Shown here in pieces: positions 50,891 through 62,918 of a DNA stretch of 64,000 nucleotides. Position 1 is the stretch's first letter. The number at the start of each line of letters is the position of its first letter. Under the pieces are notes generated by a model. The model worked only from the letters and a program-made list of their open reading frames with translations, did no database searches and was not told the origin of the DNA. The position numbers and the translations under genes were made by a program. The DNA is from Asterias rubens (lineage: Eukaryota), in the NCBI RefSeq assembly GCF_902459465.1, contig NC_047080.1, forward strand, positions 11,842,001-11,906,000, in the 5' to 3' direction.

Positions 50891-51955
50891 TTAACAGTCC
50901 GTCACAGAAAGATCCTGTAGCTGCATCACCTGACTTTGTGAACGTTCCCTGCTCTTAGAGAAGCAAAGATCCTTACATGTTTTACATACTGAGGTTATGC
51001 CACGCCAACATGACCTTAGCATCAAGTAGAACCCCTCACGGAATGATCGATGTCCGATGATATAGATGATGCAGTTAAGAAAACTATTTAAGAATCCCAG
51101 CCATGCTGTCAAGAAGCTGACCACTGGATTCACCTGGACTTGACATGTGACTTCGATGATCTTCTGAATCACAAAGGGTATCCAGGAAAAGTAGAAAGCA
51201 CTGATTACGATAAGAAACATCTTAGCTAGCATCCGCTCGTAGATTCTTGTGGTTGTGTCTTGAGTGTCTGGCTCGTGAAACAGCGTCTCTAATCGCTCAA
51301 TGTGTCTAGTTTGTGCCAGGCAAGCATGTAGGATGTGATAGTAGCAGAAAATAGATATAATGAGTGAAGGAATAATGAGGATGCAAATCATGCAAAATGA
51401 CACTTGTAAACTTTTGTCGAAAGTTACCTTGCAGTCATTGCTTTGAGCAAATCCACCCCAACCAAACATGGCTGGTAGAAATATGAGTAAAACTAAAATC
51501 CATACAATCAAAGCGTAGATGCGAGCTCGGCGTTTAGTCACGATGGATTTATATTTCAGCGGTTTAATGATTGCGATGTAACGATCGATGCTTACACATG
51601 TTAAGCTCAATATAGATACAGCGACCATAACAGCTAGGAGGTACCCCATGAGCTTACAGGACCACATCTCATGGGGCCAATCGGTAGCCCACTGGGATTG
51701 TGTCGCGATCAAGACACAAACACCAACCCCCAGATCGGCCACGGCTAACGAGCGAACAAATACACCTGTCATGTTCTCCAATGTCTTCATATATTGGAAC
51801 ACTATCAAGACAATGATGTTTGCTGATATAGTTAAGATGGAGGTGAGAAGTAATGTTACCCTAGCCAACTCAGCATTCAAACCAACACTGTCTGTGACTT
51901 GCGTTACATTTGTAACATTATCATAGTACATGTATGAGTACAGTGTCTCGGCCAT
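50891..51955 (-). CDS. GPR21/GPR52: Intronless class A GPCR, GPR21/GPR52-like, 354 aa, nested antisense in a RABGAP1 intron
   Basis: ATG-initiated ORF with 7 hydrophobic segments and N-terminal NVT sequons. Blocks resembling GPR21/52: ISANIIVLIVF, ADLGVGV, SLTCVSIDRYIAIIKPLKY, FLPAMFGWG, SFLTAWL, and NSFLNCIIY (the NPxxY-to-NCxxY change typical of GPR21/52). Confidence 0.88.
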   Translation of the reverse strand: MAETLYSYMYYDNVTNVTQVTDSVGLNAELARVTLLLTSILTISANIIVLIVFQYMKTLENMTGVFVRSLAVADLGVGVCVLIATQSQWATDWPHEMWSCKLMGYLLAVMVAVSILSLTCVSIDRYIAIIKPLKYKSIVTKRRARIYALIVWILVLLIFLPAMFGWGGFAQSNDCKVTFDKSLQVSFCMICILIIPSLIISIFCYYHILHACLAQTRHIERLETLFHEPDTQDTTTRIYERMLAKMFLIVISAFYFSWIPFVIQKIIEVTCQVQVNPVVSFLTAWLGFLNSFLNCIIYIIGHRSFREGFYLMLRSCWRGITSVCKTCKDLCFSKSRERSQSQVMQLQDLSVTDC

Positions 51956-54900
51956 TGTTAAAAGTTTTTAAATTAATTCTTAGGACAATTTCACTTGATT
52001 TTCCTTTTTGAGATATGCCGGTTCTCAGCTGTTATGTTGTACTTCATTGATGTCAAAATGAGAATAAGTCGAGTTGTTTTCATGGGAGTGACCAAACCAG
52101 TATATTGTTGTGTATCCCTTACAGTTTAATTCACCACACCAGAGTTCAAATATTGGTTAAAGTTCTCTGCATTATGTAGTGTTCATAAATTAGCTCTGAT
52201 TCCAGCCAAAAGCTGGTGGCGCTATACCGTTTTTACGCCAACAGCATCAAGAGATCCTAGCAGTTTACAATTATTTGGGAATGTAGAGTTTTGTGAGTTT
52301 TGTTTTACTGATTGTTGTCCTTCACATGAATTAATTGTTACTCAATACACTGTTCATCTCTAGCGGGACGTCAAACACAAGATCTAAATGCTCATTTGTT
52401 TCATGTAGATGAAGTCCAACTGATGAGTGGTTCTATCAGAGTCAATACACTTGTCATCTCATCGATTGATAGATGACTAGAGTTATTTGAACGGATGCTC
52501 CCCGTAGGGAAGGCTGCTGTGATGTCAGCCTGCCACACTCATCCAGGATATGTAGTTCCACAGATCAAACAAAAATTAATTTAGTTTCTGAAACATGCAA
52601 AGGGGAGGGAGTTTGTTCATATAAAGAGGTTAGTGTGAATGAAGGCGTAACATGGTTCGCTGGTAATAATAGCTTGTGATGGATGACTTGTTTGCACTGA
52701 CAATTTGCCTTCCATCTGTTTTCATCAGGAACAATTTATAAGTGTCTCTTCATTCTGGCTTGATCATTATGTGAAACAAAATACTATAGTTTCGGAGGTT
52801 TGTTAATAGTTCAACATTCAATGGACGGCAAAAGATTTTCAGATTGGCTGCCTCAGAGCTGTAATTGACAAGTGAATTGCTCAGCGGTGATTTGATTGAA
52901 CAATAATCATATTTGTTTGATGATTTTCATTTCAAGAGGTTCAAATAAAAGCAAGAAATTGTCAAAATGATTTCCTAGACACAAAATGGTTCAGGGTATC
53001 AAATATATTCCTTCTGTTCAAAAACTGCTTCAAGTGTTGCTTATTTAGCGTTATTCCACTGTGCTAGTCCACGCTCCTTATAATAGCATTTCATCCAATT
53101 ATTACATTTGCTTGGTGATTTTCATTTTAAAAAGTTCCAATGATAACAAGAAATCCTCGTAATGATTTCTGAGACACGGAGCTGTTCATGATTTTCCTTC
53201 TGCCTCTACTGCTTCCACTGTTGCTTATTTAGCGATATATTTCATCCTATATAATCATGACTACATCAATAGAGCTGTTATGCGATCCAGAAAGGAGGTT
53301 TCCTCCTATAGTTTCCCTATTATCTCCTCTGTATTTACATTCCTTGTTTTCTTTACCTTGTGCTGATTTCCCGAGTGTTTTTGTTGTTGGTAAATTAGAT
53401 TACTGTACATCCAGAGATGAGGAGTTGAGTTATTGCCCTTCGTCCTCCTCTCTCCTCCTCTTTGTGGTAAACAACACTCATCCTACACTACTTTAATTCT
53501 AACTTTATATCTGTTTGTTCCCCGGGACGTGACTTTCTAACAAGAACTGCGCAATAATGATAGAATCTTCAAATCTACCCGATGGTCATCTTTGACCTAT
53601 CCTCAGTACCTGTAAGATAACGTTTCACAGTGGTCAGCCCTGGAGTGAAAAACACTACAGGCTCCGAGGCTGTACTGTATTCCTCTGTTATTAAATTAAG
53701 TTTTCTGGATGTAGATGGTTGTATTTAAACAGTATGTGCATCTTACTCATTGGTCTTGACTTGTTGTCCCATTTGTCCTGTCCTCAGATATCTTCAATGC
53801 TTGGCGTTTCTGATTATTTCTAGTCAAGCATGGTTCAACAGCTTTCCATTAGTGTTCTTTCTATTGGTTTACCGTGATTTCACCCACTTCCGTTGAAAGA
53901 CTGAGTCTAAAAGTAGGAACAATGTTTGATCACTTAATTGTTTGCAACTCCAAGGCGAATCATTCACACCTCATTATCAAAGTTCAATTGTCACCCGATG
54001 GGCTTTGCTGAAGTCGGCCATGCGGTGAGATCTTGTATCTACTGCAGTCAGTGTGGATTTCACACAGAAGTATTGACGTATTTCCTGTTGTGCTGGTAAT
54101 TGAGTTTGTTATTCAGGTTTATTCTTTCAGGTTGCATCGTTTAGGTCATGTTTGCCGAGTTGATTTGTTCTGTAACTGCTCTGTATGAAGACGAATTGGG
54201 AATCCCATTCCGAGAGTCGTAGCTGATTATTCTGATAAAACAGCGACTTGCAAAAGTAGAAGTCTTTAAGATTTGCAGCATTTTTTCCCAAATGATTTAT
54301 TGTTTCATGTGTCACATTCACTCTGTTTGTTTCTTCACCTATGTATATCGCTTCCTTGTTGCCATTTAGTATTTGGGTGAACAAGTCATCTTTCAATATG
54401 ATAGAGTAGACTAGTAATCCTTTTGACATCCAGTTCCAAAAATTGTTGAAGAAATGAGGTTCTCTTCAAAAATGAGGTTCTCTTCAAAAATGTTGCACAT
54501 TTTCCTTTTAGCGGTTGAAATTTTCACACTTGTCCCAATTCTTATACGTCACAGTTGTTGCCAGCAATCTGATCGTTCAGATGGAAAAATAATCTACGTT
54601 CCACATGAGTGTTTGTTTTATTGCCGTGTCCGAGCTACTTTACAAGCAGTCGTCTGTCGCGCATAAATCAACCGAAAGTCAAAGCGTAGCAGGGCTGGTT
54701 TGTCCGGTGATCCTCACGATTCTTGCAATTAGCACTCCCTCTCTCTTGTAATACTTAGCAATCACTCCGCAACGTGGTGTAACCATGGTAACTCATCAGG
54801 GAGTTCTTGGCAACGTAACGGTGCAACTTCTCCAATTGAAGTATGGTGAGACTGGTTCCCTGTGTTGTTGTGATAGATGCAGTGCCGTACATGTGATATT

Positions 54901-55324
54901 CAGTCTCATCAGGGATTGGCACCAGTCTGATCAGTCATCACTCCTGCATTATGGTAGAAATCAACCAAGATATGGAATAATTAGGATTTCATGTGAAATA
55001 AATCAATATTACATTTGTAATGACTCAGACGGCTACTAGAATCAAAAGTTGTTAAAATCTTATTGACATATTGATTTTAAAACCACAGCTGAACTGATTT
55101 TTTTCCAAAATGTCATGCATAATCTCTGTATTTTAAACTCAATTCAGCTTGTAGCTATGATGTTTGAATGTTTTTTAATAAACCAAACCGATAATAATTA
55201 TAAGTTCCAAATAAAGCGCTCAGACAGAAAGTCCTTGGCTAATCTGTACTAAAAAAAATAATAATGGTGATTTATTTAGCAAGGTTAATGCATAGAATTA
55301 TACTGGTCATAATAGTTTCTGGGG

Positions 55325-55485
55325 TTGACTTGCGAGCAAGGATAATTCATGAATTAATTTAAACAATTTTTTTTATCTTGGATTGACTTGAGAGCAAGGA
55401 TAATTCATGAATTAATTTAAACAATTTTTTTTTATCTTGGATTGACTTGCGAGCAACGATAATTAATTCATGGATTAATTCAACA
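55325..55485. repeat. Minisatellite, about 2.8 x 58-59 bp
   Basis: ttgacttg.gagcaa.gataattcatgaattaatttaaacaatttttttt.atcttgga at 55325, 55383 and 55442. Confidence 0.85.
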
Positions 55486-58400
55486 CTATTATTTTTATGT
55501 ATCATTTAACCAGCATACTGAAGTTTCTGCTTGCGGGATTAGCCAAACAACTGTTTTCTGCTGTTGGAATAAGAATCTGAATAGTTTTGCTTAAACACAG
55601 TCAAATAAGCGTTTTAACCGCCAGAAAACAAGGAATGCACACTTTTAAATGAAAATAAATTTATTTAGTTTTTACCTACAGGAAACAAGGAATGTACACT
55701 TTTTTATGAAAATATTTTTTTTTTTACATGTATTGTCCAAAAAGCTGTTGGATATTTTTATTTAGAAAAAAATACATATATTTGGTACTGCCACAGTGTC
55801 ACTTTAGGATAGACTCAACTTCAAATGTCCGCTTTATTACGTATTCACCTCGTTCCATGCAATTCGATACATCACTATGTTCATGAACATTTCCATTTCC
55901 ACTTATCCATCAATCAGAAACAAAAAGAACGACATGAATTCATAGAAAAACAAAATAACTGATCATGGCCTGAATCTTACTTTGCTTTTACTTAGAGCAG
56001 TGAAATAAAACCATTCAGTTCATGTTCACCTGTCATCTTTAATTGATAGTAATTCCACAAACCCCACCCCTTCAGTCAATGCTTTTGAAGCAGGTTGTTT
56101 ATTTCCATAGCTTTTTCAGGTGGGGACAGAGATACATAATAGATCCTGCTGGCTACGTGTAAACTCTCTACTGATAATGACTAGGGTAGATGGCCTTAGC
56201 TTTCGATCCAAACCGGACCTTCTGTATGTAAACCGCAGGGGAAACTGACTCTGTACATTTAATATTATTTGGGACGTAACCCTAAGTGATTGTATGATTA
56301 AATTTGAACAATTATACTTAAGGCGGTTCTTTATAAAAGCACATCGCCAAGAGGCCCCTATGCATAAGAGAAAAGAAATCAATTAATGAAAACTATAGTT
56401 AAAATATATATTTTTAGTTGGTTAGTAGTTTCAGCCAGTTCAACTTGTGTAGGTTAGTCATTGCAGAACTTCATAGCAGAACCTTGAAAGAGCTCCCCTT
56501 GAAAAGAGCAAGACCCATTCAATGAAGTTGCCCTAAACAACTGATTCTACTACCAGTATTTATTTTTACACCTTATTAATTAACCATTTTATCGTATAAT
56601 TTATTGAGCATGAATTTTCATCTGTCACGATCCCAGATGTTCTTATGGTGAACTTCTTCCGAAGTTATTTGCAACATCTTTGTTTGTGTTTCACAAGAGG
56701 CAGGTTTACAATGCAATAAATATGTCATTGGTAATTGAATAAGGAAATAGATGCTCTGGTTTTTCTTGTAAGTGGGTCCCTTGAGAATGGGTTGGTTGAG
56801 AGACACTTAAGAATTCCTAACTCAATATTATAATTGAGGACTTTCTTTGAAATTCTTGAATGGTCCTTCAGCCAAATATGACCGCTTATTATTTGCGATG
56901 AAAACAGATCAGTAGACTGAGCAAAAACAAGATTTAATTGAGAACCTCAGGATGGGATGGAGTCCCATTATCTGTGAGAATGCTGAAGATGAATTAGATA
57001 AGGGGTAGGGAGAGTTTATCAAATTCTTGTTGTTACATTTTGAAGATTGATCTGAAAAGGAGATGTACATTTACCTTAAGAGAATGGCCTGCGTGTATCG
57101 TAGTTTTCATATTGATGGCTTTTTAAAGGATTTTGATACCTTTTGTAGATCAAGTTGTTGGCCATGACATGAATCCCTACTCACAGTGAATGAAGATATA
57201 TGTAAATTACTACAAAAAATGTCATTGTCTCAATTACTTTAATAATTAAATCACTACAGTAACCTGTTAGTAATATTTTGCAGTTTTAAACTAAATCAGT
57301 TATTAAAGAAATGAGTACAAAATTAAGAACTTTTTGTTAATATCCCCCCTCCCTCCCCCAACAAGGGAAAAAAAATGAATAAATAAAAAATTACTTAGTT
57401 TATAATCAGTTTTGTTATTTCACCATGGTCTTGGCAAGTAATTTATTTCAAAGTGAATGAAATTTCTATTCACCTGTGAAGGCAGTGTCGTTTAGTATTA
57501 GTGTGTCATAATTGTGGTTGGCGTTTGAGTGATGGCCACGCTAAATTAATTTGAAATAATGGTCGACAAAGGGCGGCAGGAAACCCTGTTCACCAAGCTG
57601 TGTCCATAATTCATCTTAATTGTCAGTCCTTATTGTGGACTTGACTGCTTCTATTGAAGATCTTGAAGAAACAGTTCCCTTCTGAGGTCATTTTATTTGA
57701 TTGAATAAGAACATTTTACCAACTGAACATCTCCAGGTCTAGAAATAATGATCAGCATCTGGAGTTATGAGTATTATATCAATATTTTATATGCACAATA
57801 ATATATGCACAATATACTATAAAACTGCCTTTTATGAGATACTTACAATGTAAATTTGCATGTTATGTTTATGTAATTCAGAATCCAGCACAGGGTAATG
57901 CCAGCATGACTTTACGATTTTCCCAGAGATGCCTCAATCTTAGAATGACCTGATCTTATCAGACGCAGCGTGATTCAAAAAGATTTGAGCATCAACAAGA
58001 CACTAAAGAGAAAGGCTGCACCATCTTAATTATCATCTTACTCAGACTGTATTTATTGATGACCTTATCAGACGTACTTTTTGGAGGATTGTTAATGCAA
58101 GAAGTTTGTTGGGAGGTGCTGTAAAAATTTGTTGTCCAGGCCTCAAATTAACCCACAGCACCCACAGCAATTGCTGCCAAGGTGCCCTGTGCTTTTGCTG
58201 GGGTGCCCTTTGCAAATTTTCCTCATGGAAGTGCTCCTTGCCAGAGGAAAATCTACTTCAAGAGCAAACTCTAAAGCCTTATTGTGTTTTGTGTACAGAC
58301 GGTGATGACGACATCTTAGATGTTTTTCTCAGGATGATGTTATTGAAGTTTATAGAGTTGTCTGTTGGCTATAAACTGATAAAGAGACTTCTATTCCCAT

Positions 58401-59859
58401 GGTGTCATCAATAAGTTCCATGCCAAGGGAGCAATAAACGCCTTTCCTATCAACACATGGTCGTCTCACTTCGGTTGACATATGACTGCAAGCAATCATC
58501 ATTGCATATGTTGTCATTTATCGCTGCTTTTCACTTTGGAGTTCCTGTGATGGGAATTCACTTGGATTATTGCTCTATGAACCGTAGTGATCTGTTAATG
58601 CACAATTGTTGAGAGAAATCTTACTTGTCTGAAATGGACGGTATGAGATGCTGTTTCTGTAAGACATCTAAGTGATATATTTAATTTTTTGTTTCTTAAT
58701 TTCTCAATTACTTTAAGGGCTTTAACAATAAAACATACAAATATTACCTCAGATATTCCAGATGAGATAGCCCAAGACTAAATTCCTAACAATTATTAAG
58801 GAATTTCATGTATTAACATATTCGGACATCTCTGAAACAAAAATTGTTCAAAACAAAAATTGAAAAGAATAAATCTTGTAAGAAGTGTGGTTGATATTTG
58901 AAGTAGAGTTCAAGAATCCTCCAGGGTGTTATCCAGCTTAGTGGTAGTGTGAAGGGTTGTTTCAAGACGTCATCTCGGGAGCCTCCAATGGGTCGCTTTC
59001 CAGCTTTGAGGAATCTAGTCTGAAAAATAGTTTACCTCCTAGGGACAAACATCTGCCTAGTAGTGTCAGCTTGGAATTATTGGTGCTTTTTCTGACATGT
59101 TTCAGTAAACAGCTTTTTTCACTTAGTTGATTGGAAAGGTGAATTATGATGGGGGGGGGGGGTCCCCCAAGCTACACTCAAGTAAATATAACAGTCTATT
59201 TTAGTTGTTTACAAAGTGAACACTTTGCAGCATGAAAAAGAACTAATCAGATAGAAGAAATAAATCAGGTTTTTTTCCTGGAGCAGAATTTAAAAACTCA
59301 CAAAAGTTGTCAAAGCCTGTTTGTCATGAAGTAAACTTTTTTAAATCTTCGAAAATCAGATTTCTTTATATTCCCTGCTTCATCTGTGAATGTAACATTG
59401 TATATGTCCTTCCACCATCTGCATATCAAATGTTAACATATGTTAAGATATGTTAAGGTTGTAGCCACTGTTATAGTTCACGATCCTAATCATCCGGTCG
59501 CAGTCTTTCATTTAAGTGTTTTCTGCCAGCTAACATTTTAACGAGGAGTCATTGGACGTTGCTTCGGTATGGACGGACGCTATGCTGATGTATAAAATGA
59601 TTTATGTTTAGTCTGCTGTTATATAATTGGGAGGTGGCAGTGCCTGGCTTGTGGTAAAACCTTCCTAAGTTGCTATGCACAGTTGTCAGGAAAGCAATCA
59701 AACCTAAGATTCTTTGTTTTTATCGTCCGAGAGTGTATGTGTAGGGACAATTACACCCAAAGAGAATGGGATAGACGGAAAACCACAGAACTTCTACGAA
59801 AGATATGTATGGAAAGGTTTGGGGTAACACCATGTACTAAAGACTTATGAGTGTAACAT

Positions 59860-59980
59860 CTTGTGGTCAAGCGGTCTTGATCATGGAACTAAAGGTCTGA
59901 TGGTTTAGTCATTAGAGTGGTGGTTTGAATTGAATGCTCTCTTGGCACTTCCGTTCTTTGGCAAGACACTTAACCATATT
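59860..59980 (+). mobile_element. Degenerate tRNA-derived SINE
   Basis: tgtggtcaagcgg...gtggtttgaatt head followed by a ttggcaagacacttaacc core. Confidence 0.45.
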
Positions 59981-61703
59981 CACTTCCCATCACCCAGGAT
60001 TAATTTATCGGGTACCTGTTAGGGTAGAGATTGTTGAATGATTAGCAACCTGTGCGCCATTTTGGCTTCCGGTGCTGCATACTCCGAAGGAGTTGAGATG
60101 GTTTCAGGAAAGCATAAGACCCAATGAACAGTGCAAATAATAAGGTAAAGCACTTTTAATACAAAATTAAAAAGCACATAATAAACACTTTGCCACAAAA
60201 TAATTGCTAAAGGCCTCACATTTTGAACATCGGAGTCTTTCTTATTTTTATGTAAGATTCTTTTCTCTGTGATAACCCAGATATTTTTTACCAAAATGCC
60301 TTTGTAGCCACCAGCCTCTACTTACACTTAATTTGGGTAGTGAGAAAAGGTTATTAAGAGTTGAAGATACCAATCTCTAGTTGTGTGCCTAGAAACTGAG
60401 AAATGTGACTTGAAGCACAGGAATCTCAGTAGGGTAAGGTCTTTGTTTGAATAAAGAAACTGCTTGCATTAATCATTCCTTAAGATCAGAGGCAAAGATA
60501 TAATGGTTCTCTCAATCAGTGTAGCTGGAGGAAAAGCCTAGTGACCTACAAACATGAAATATCAAATATAATACTTCAACGTTACGCAGAGTACAGAAAA
60601 CCAACAACTGCTCAGTGACAATCTTTTAATTATTAGCTGCACGTCATCGCTTAATGAGGAGGTACGTACAGGTGACAATACTGCTGCAACTGACAATCTT
60701 ACTTTCCCTGAATCAGGAGCAGCTTGGTTTTGTTTTCTCTGAGGTATGCAAATATCCTCTTTGAATCCAAATATGGTGAAGGTTGCATAATATTGTTTGC
60801 TGCTCCCAGTATTTTTGAGGCCTGGAATTTCATCTTTGAGAGGGCAAGGCCATTTTCATTTTGCAAAGGGCAGTTCCACTGACCAGGGCAACAGATGCCT
60901 TTGCCTCCATGGCCTCTGTATTAATTCAAGGCATGATGTTGACTCACTTTGAATCAAGGTACTTGACTCACTTAGAGTCTAGGTACAGCATTGGTAATAG
61001 TAACCTTGTCCAAACCTGCTTCGTTTGTACGAGGTTGAAAAACCTCAAAAAACCATGCTTCGACCCCATGGTATCAAGTACTGTTATGTACCGTGTGCAG
61101 TACATGACTGTATCTATGCAGTTCGTCTTCCCAACGCGCTATACAGGGTGAATTCAGAGTGGGCCGTGCTATGCGTAAACAAGGCTGGACAAGGCTATGG
61201 TAATAGCAGTGGCAGTAGGTTTGAACACCGACCAGGCATGTTTACGATATGTTTTTACGATGTCCCCCTTATAAGCTCAACTACTCATGCAAGCATGTCG
61301 TGTGCATTCACGTGTTAACACCAATCAACCTCTCATTGACTACCTCATATTATATTCATTATTTCAAGCAACCGTACCGTACTGTACAGGAAATTAAATA
61401 GTACCACAAACACACACGCACTGTAAATGAACCCATGCCTTAAGCCAACATTTCCACACTACATACCAATATCGGTCGATTCAACCAATCGTCTTAATTC
61501 AGAGGTGGAATTAAACCAAGTCAAGATTGTACAGGAATTTGTTGTGAGTTTGGAAACTTTTAAAGCTCCTATTATTCCAATGTCTATTCGAAGGCTCTCA
61601 AAGTTGTCTTTAGTAGTTGCTTATTATTGCATGGAATATTGGCAGCTGACTCCACACCTCCAAGCGCCTACTATTTTAAACACAACTGGAAACATCCAGC
61701 CTT

Positions 61704-62085
61704 TAAGCCAGTGGACACTTGGTAATTGTCAAAGACCAGTCTTCTCACTTGGTGTATCTCAACATATGCATAAAATAACAAACCTGTGAAAATTTGAGCT
61801 TGATTGGTCGTCGGAGTTGCGAGATAACTAAGAAAGAAAAAAACACCCTTGTCACACGAAGTTGTGTGCTTTCAGATGCTTGATTTCGAGACTTCAAATT
61901 TTACACTTGAGGTCTCAAAATCAAATTCGTGGAAAAATACTTCTTTCTCGAAAACTACTCCACTTCAGAGGGAGCCGTTTCTCACAATGTTTTATACTAC
62001 CAACCTATCCCCATTACTCGTTACCAGATAAGGTTTTATGCTAATAATTAGTTACGTAATTACCGATAGTGTCCACTGCCTTTAA
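61704..62085. mobile_element. MITE, same family as 26164-26549, copy 2
   Basis: Colinear similarity along the whole length (ggtaattgtcaaagaccagtcttctcact...cagagggagccgtttctcacaat...gtgtccactgcctttaa). Confidence 0.8.
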
Positions 62086-62487
62086 CCAACCCGTAGAATT
62101 AAAACAACTTCAAAATAGCTGTTGCTCTGGAAAACACTTCTCCCTGAACCAACAACTGTTTTTATTGATTCTGTTGGTTATTCATTGAAGTGGTGCATGC
62201 TGTACTTGGACTTTAAAATATTGTAGCACATTGATCGCAGTGTGTTCCACTTTAATTTCATGTGTCACTCTGAAATTGTAGACGGCAACAGAATGCTAGG
62301 ATCTTCGATTATAGACTAATAATTGGTTTGGAAAGGTATCACTTTTCAAAAATTGGGGGAAATTATTCATGCACTGTGGTATTGAAGTTAGACTTTTCCA
62401 GCCAGCAATATGATATCATGTGGTGCATCTGTACAGCACACATGTAGTTAGTTCTTTTTACAATGGTCAAGTGGTTAGAATTCAGCC

Positions 62488-62662
62488 ATCGATTTCACAA
62501 AACTCTTCCTAACTTAGGATTAATCTTATGACTTAATCTTATGACTAGTCCCAACCCTGCACTGTAGCATGTAAACCTTAAGATTAATCCTAAGTTAGGA
62601 CGAGTTACTCGTCCTAATTCGAGATAAGACGAGTCCTAACTCTTTGTTAAATCGATGGCTGG
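62488..62662. mobile_element. Short MITE with TIRs
   Basis: cagccatcgatttcacaaaa ... ctttgttaaatcgatggctg. Confidence 0.7.
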
Positions 62663-62847
62663 ACTTGCAATCACAAGGTTGTGGGTTCGAATCTGACCAT
62701 CCTAACCGCTGATTTCACCATGACTATAATAAACATTGCTTCTCTCTGCTTATCCCACATTGAACCCACATCAAAGTATGTTATTTGTATTCACAACTTT
62801 TCCCAAGAAATTCTCCAGTAGTGTACAAATGTAATTTTAACAACCCT

Positions 62848-62918
62848 GAGGAAATAAGTACAGTTATTTTGTAAGAAGGCCCAGAGGAAATAAGTACAGT
62901 TATTTTGTAAGAAGGCAT
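62848..62918. repeat. Direct tandem duplication, about 2 x 36 bp
   Basis: gaggaaataagtacagttattttgtaagaaggc occurs twice. Confidence 0.8.

Noticed and set aside
51588-51926. 112-aa plus-strand ORF and other ORF-track entries overlapping the called exons
   Set aside because: Shadow or antisense frames of real coding sequence, or short random ORFs with non-ATG starts.
55325-55485. Regularly spaced repeats resembling a CRISPR array (also 28140-28200)
   Set aside because: Units are head-to-tail with no unique spacers, there are no cas genes, and the context is eukaryotic; they are minisatellites.
57880-57950. Candidate next RABGAP1 exon (contains ccagcatgacttt, reminiscent of PAHDF)
   Set aside because: No frame yields the RDINRTFP motif and all frames close quickly.
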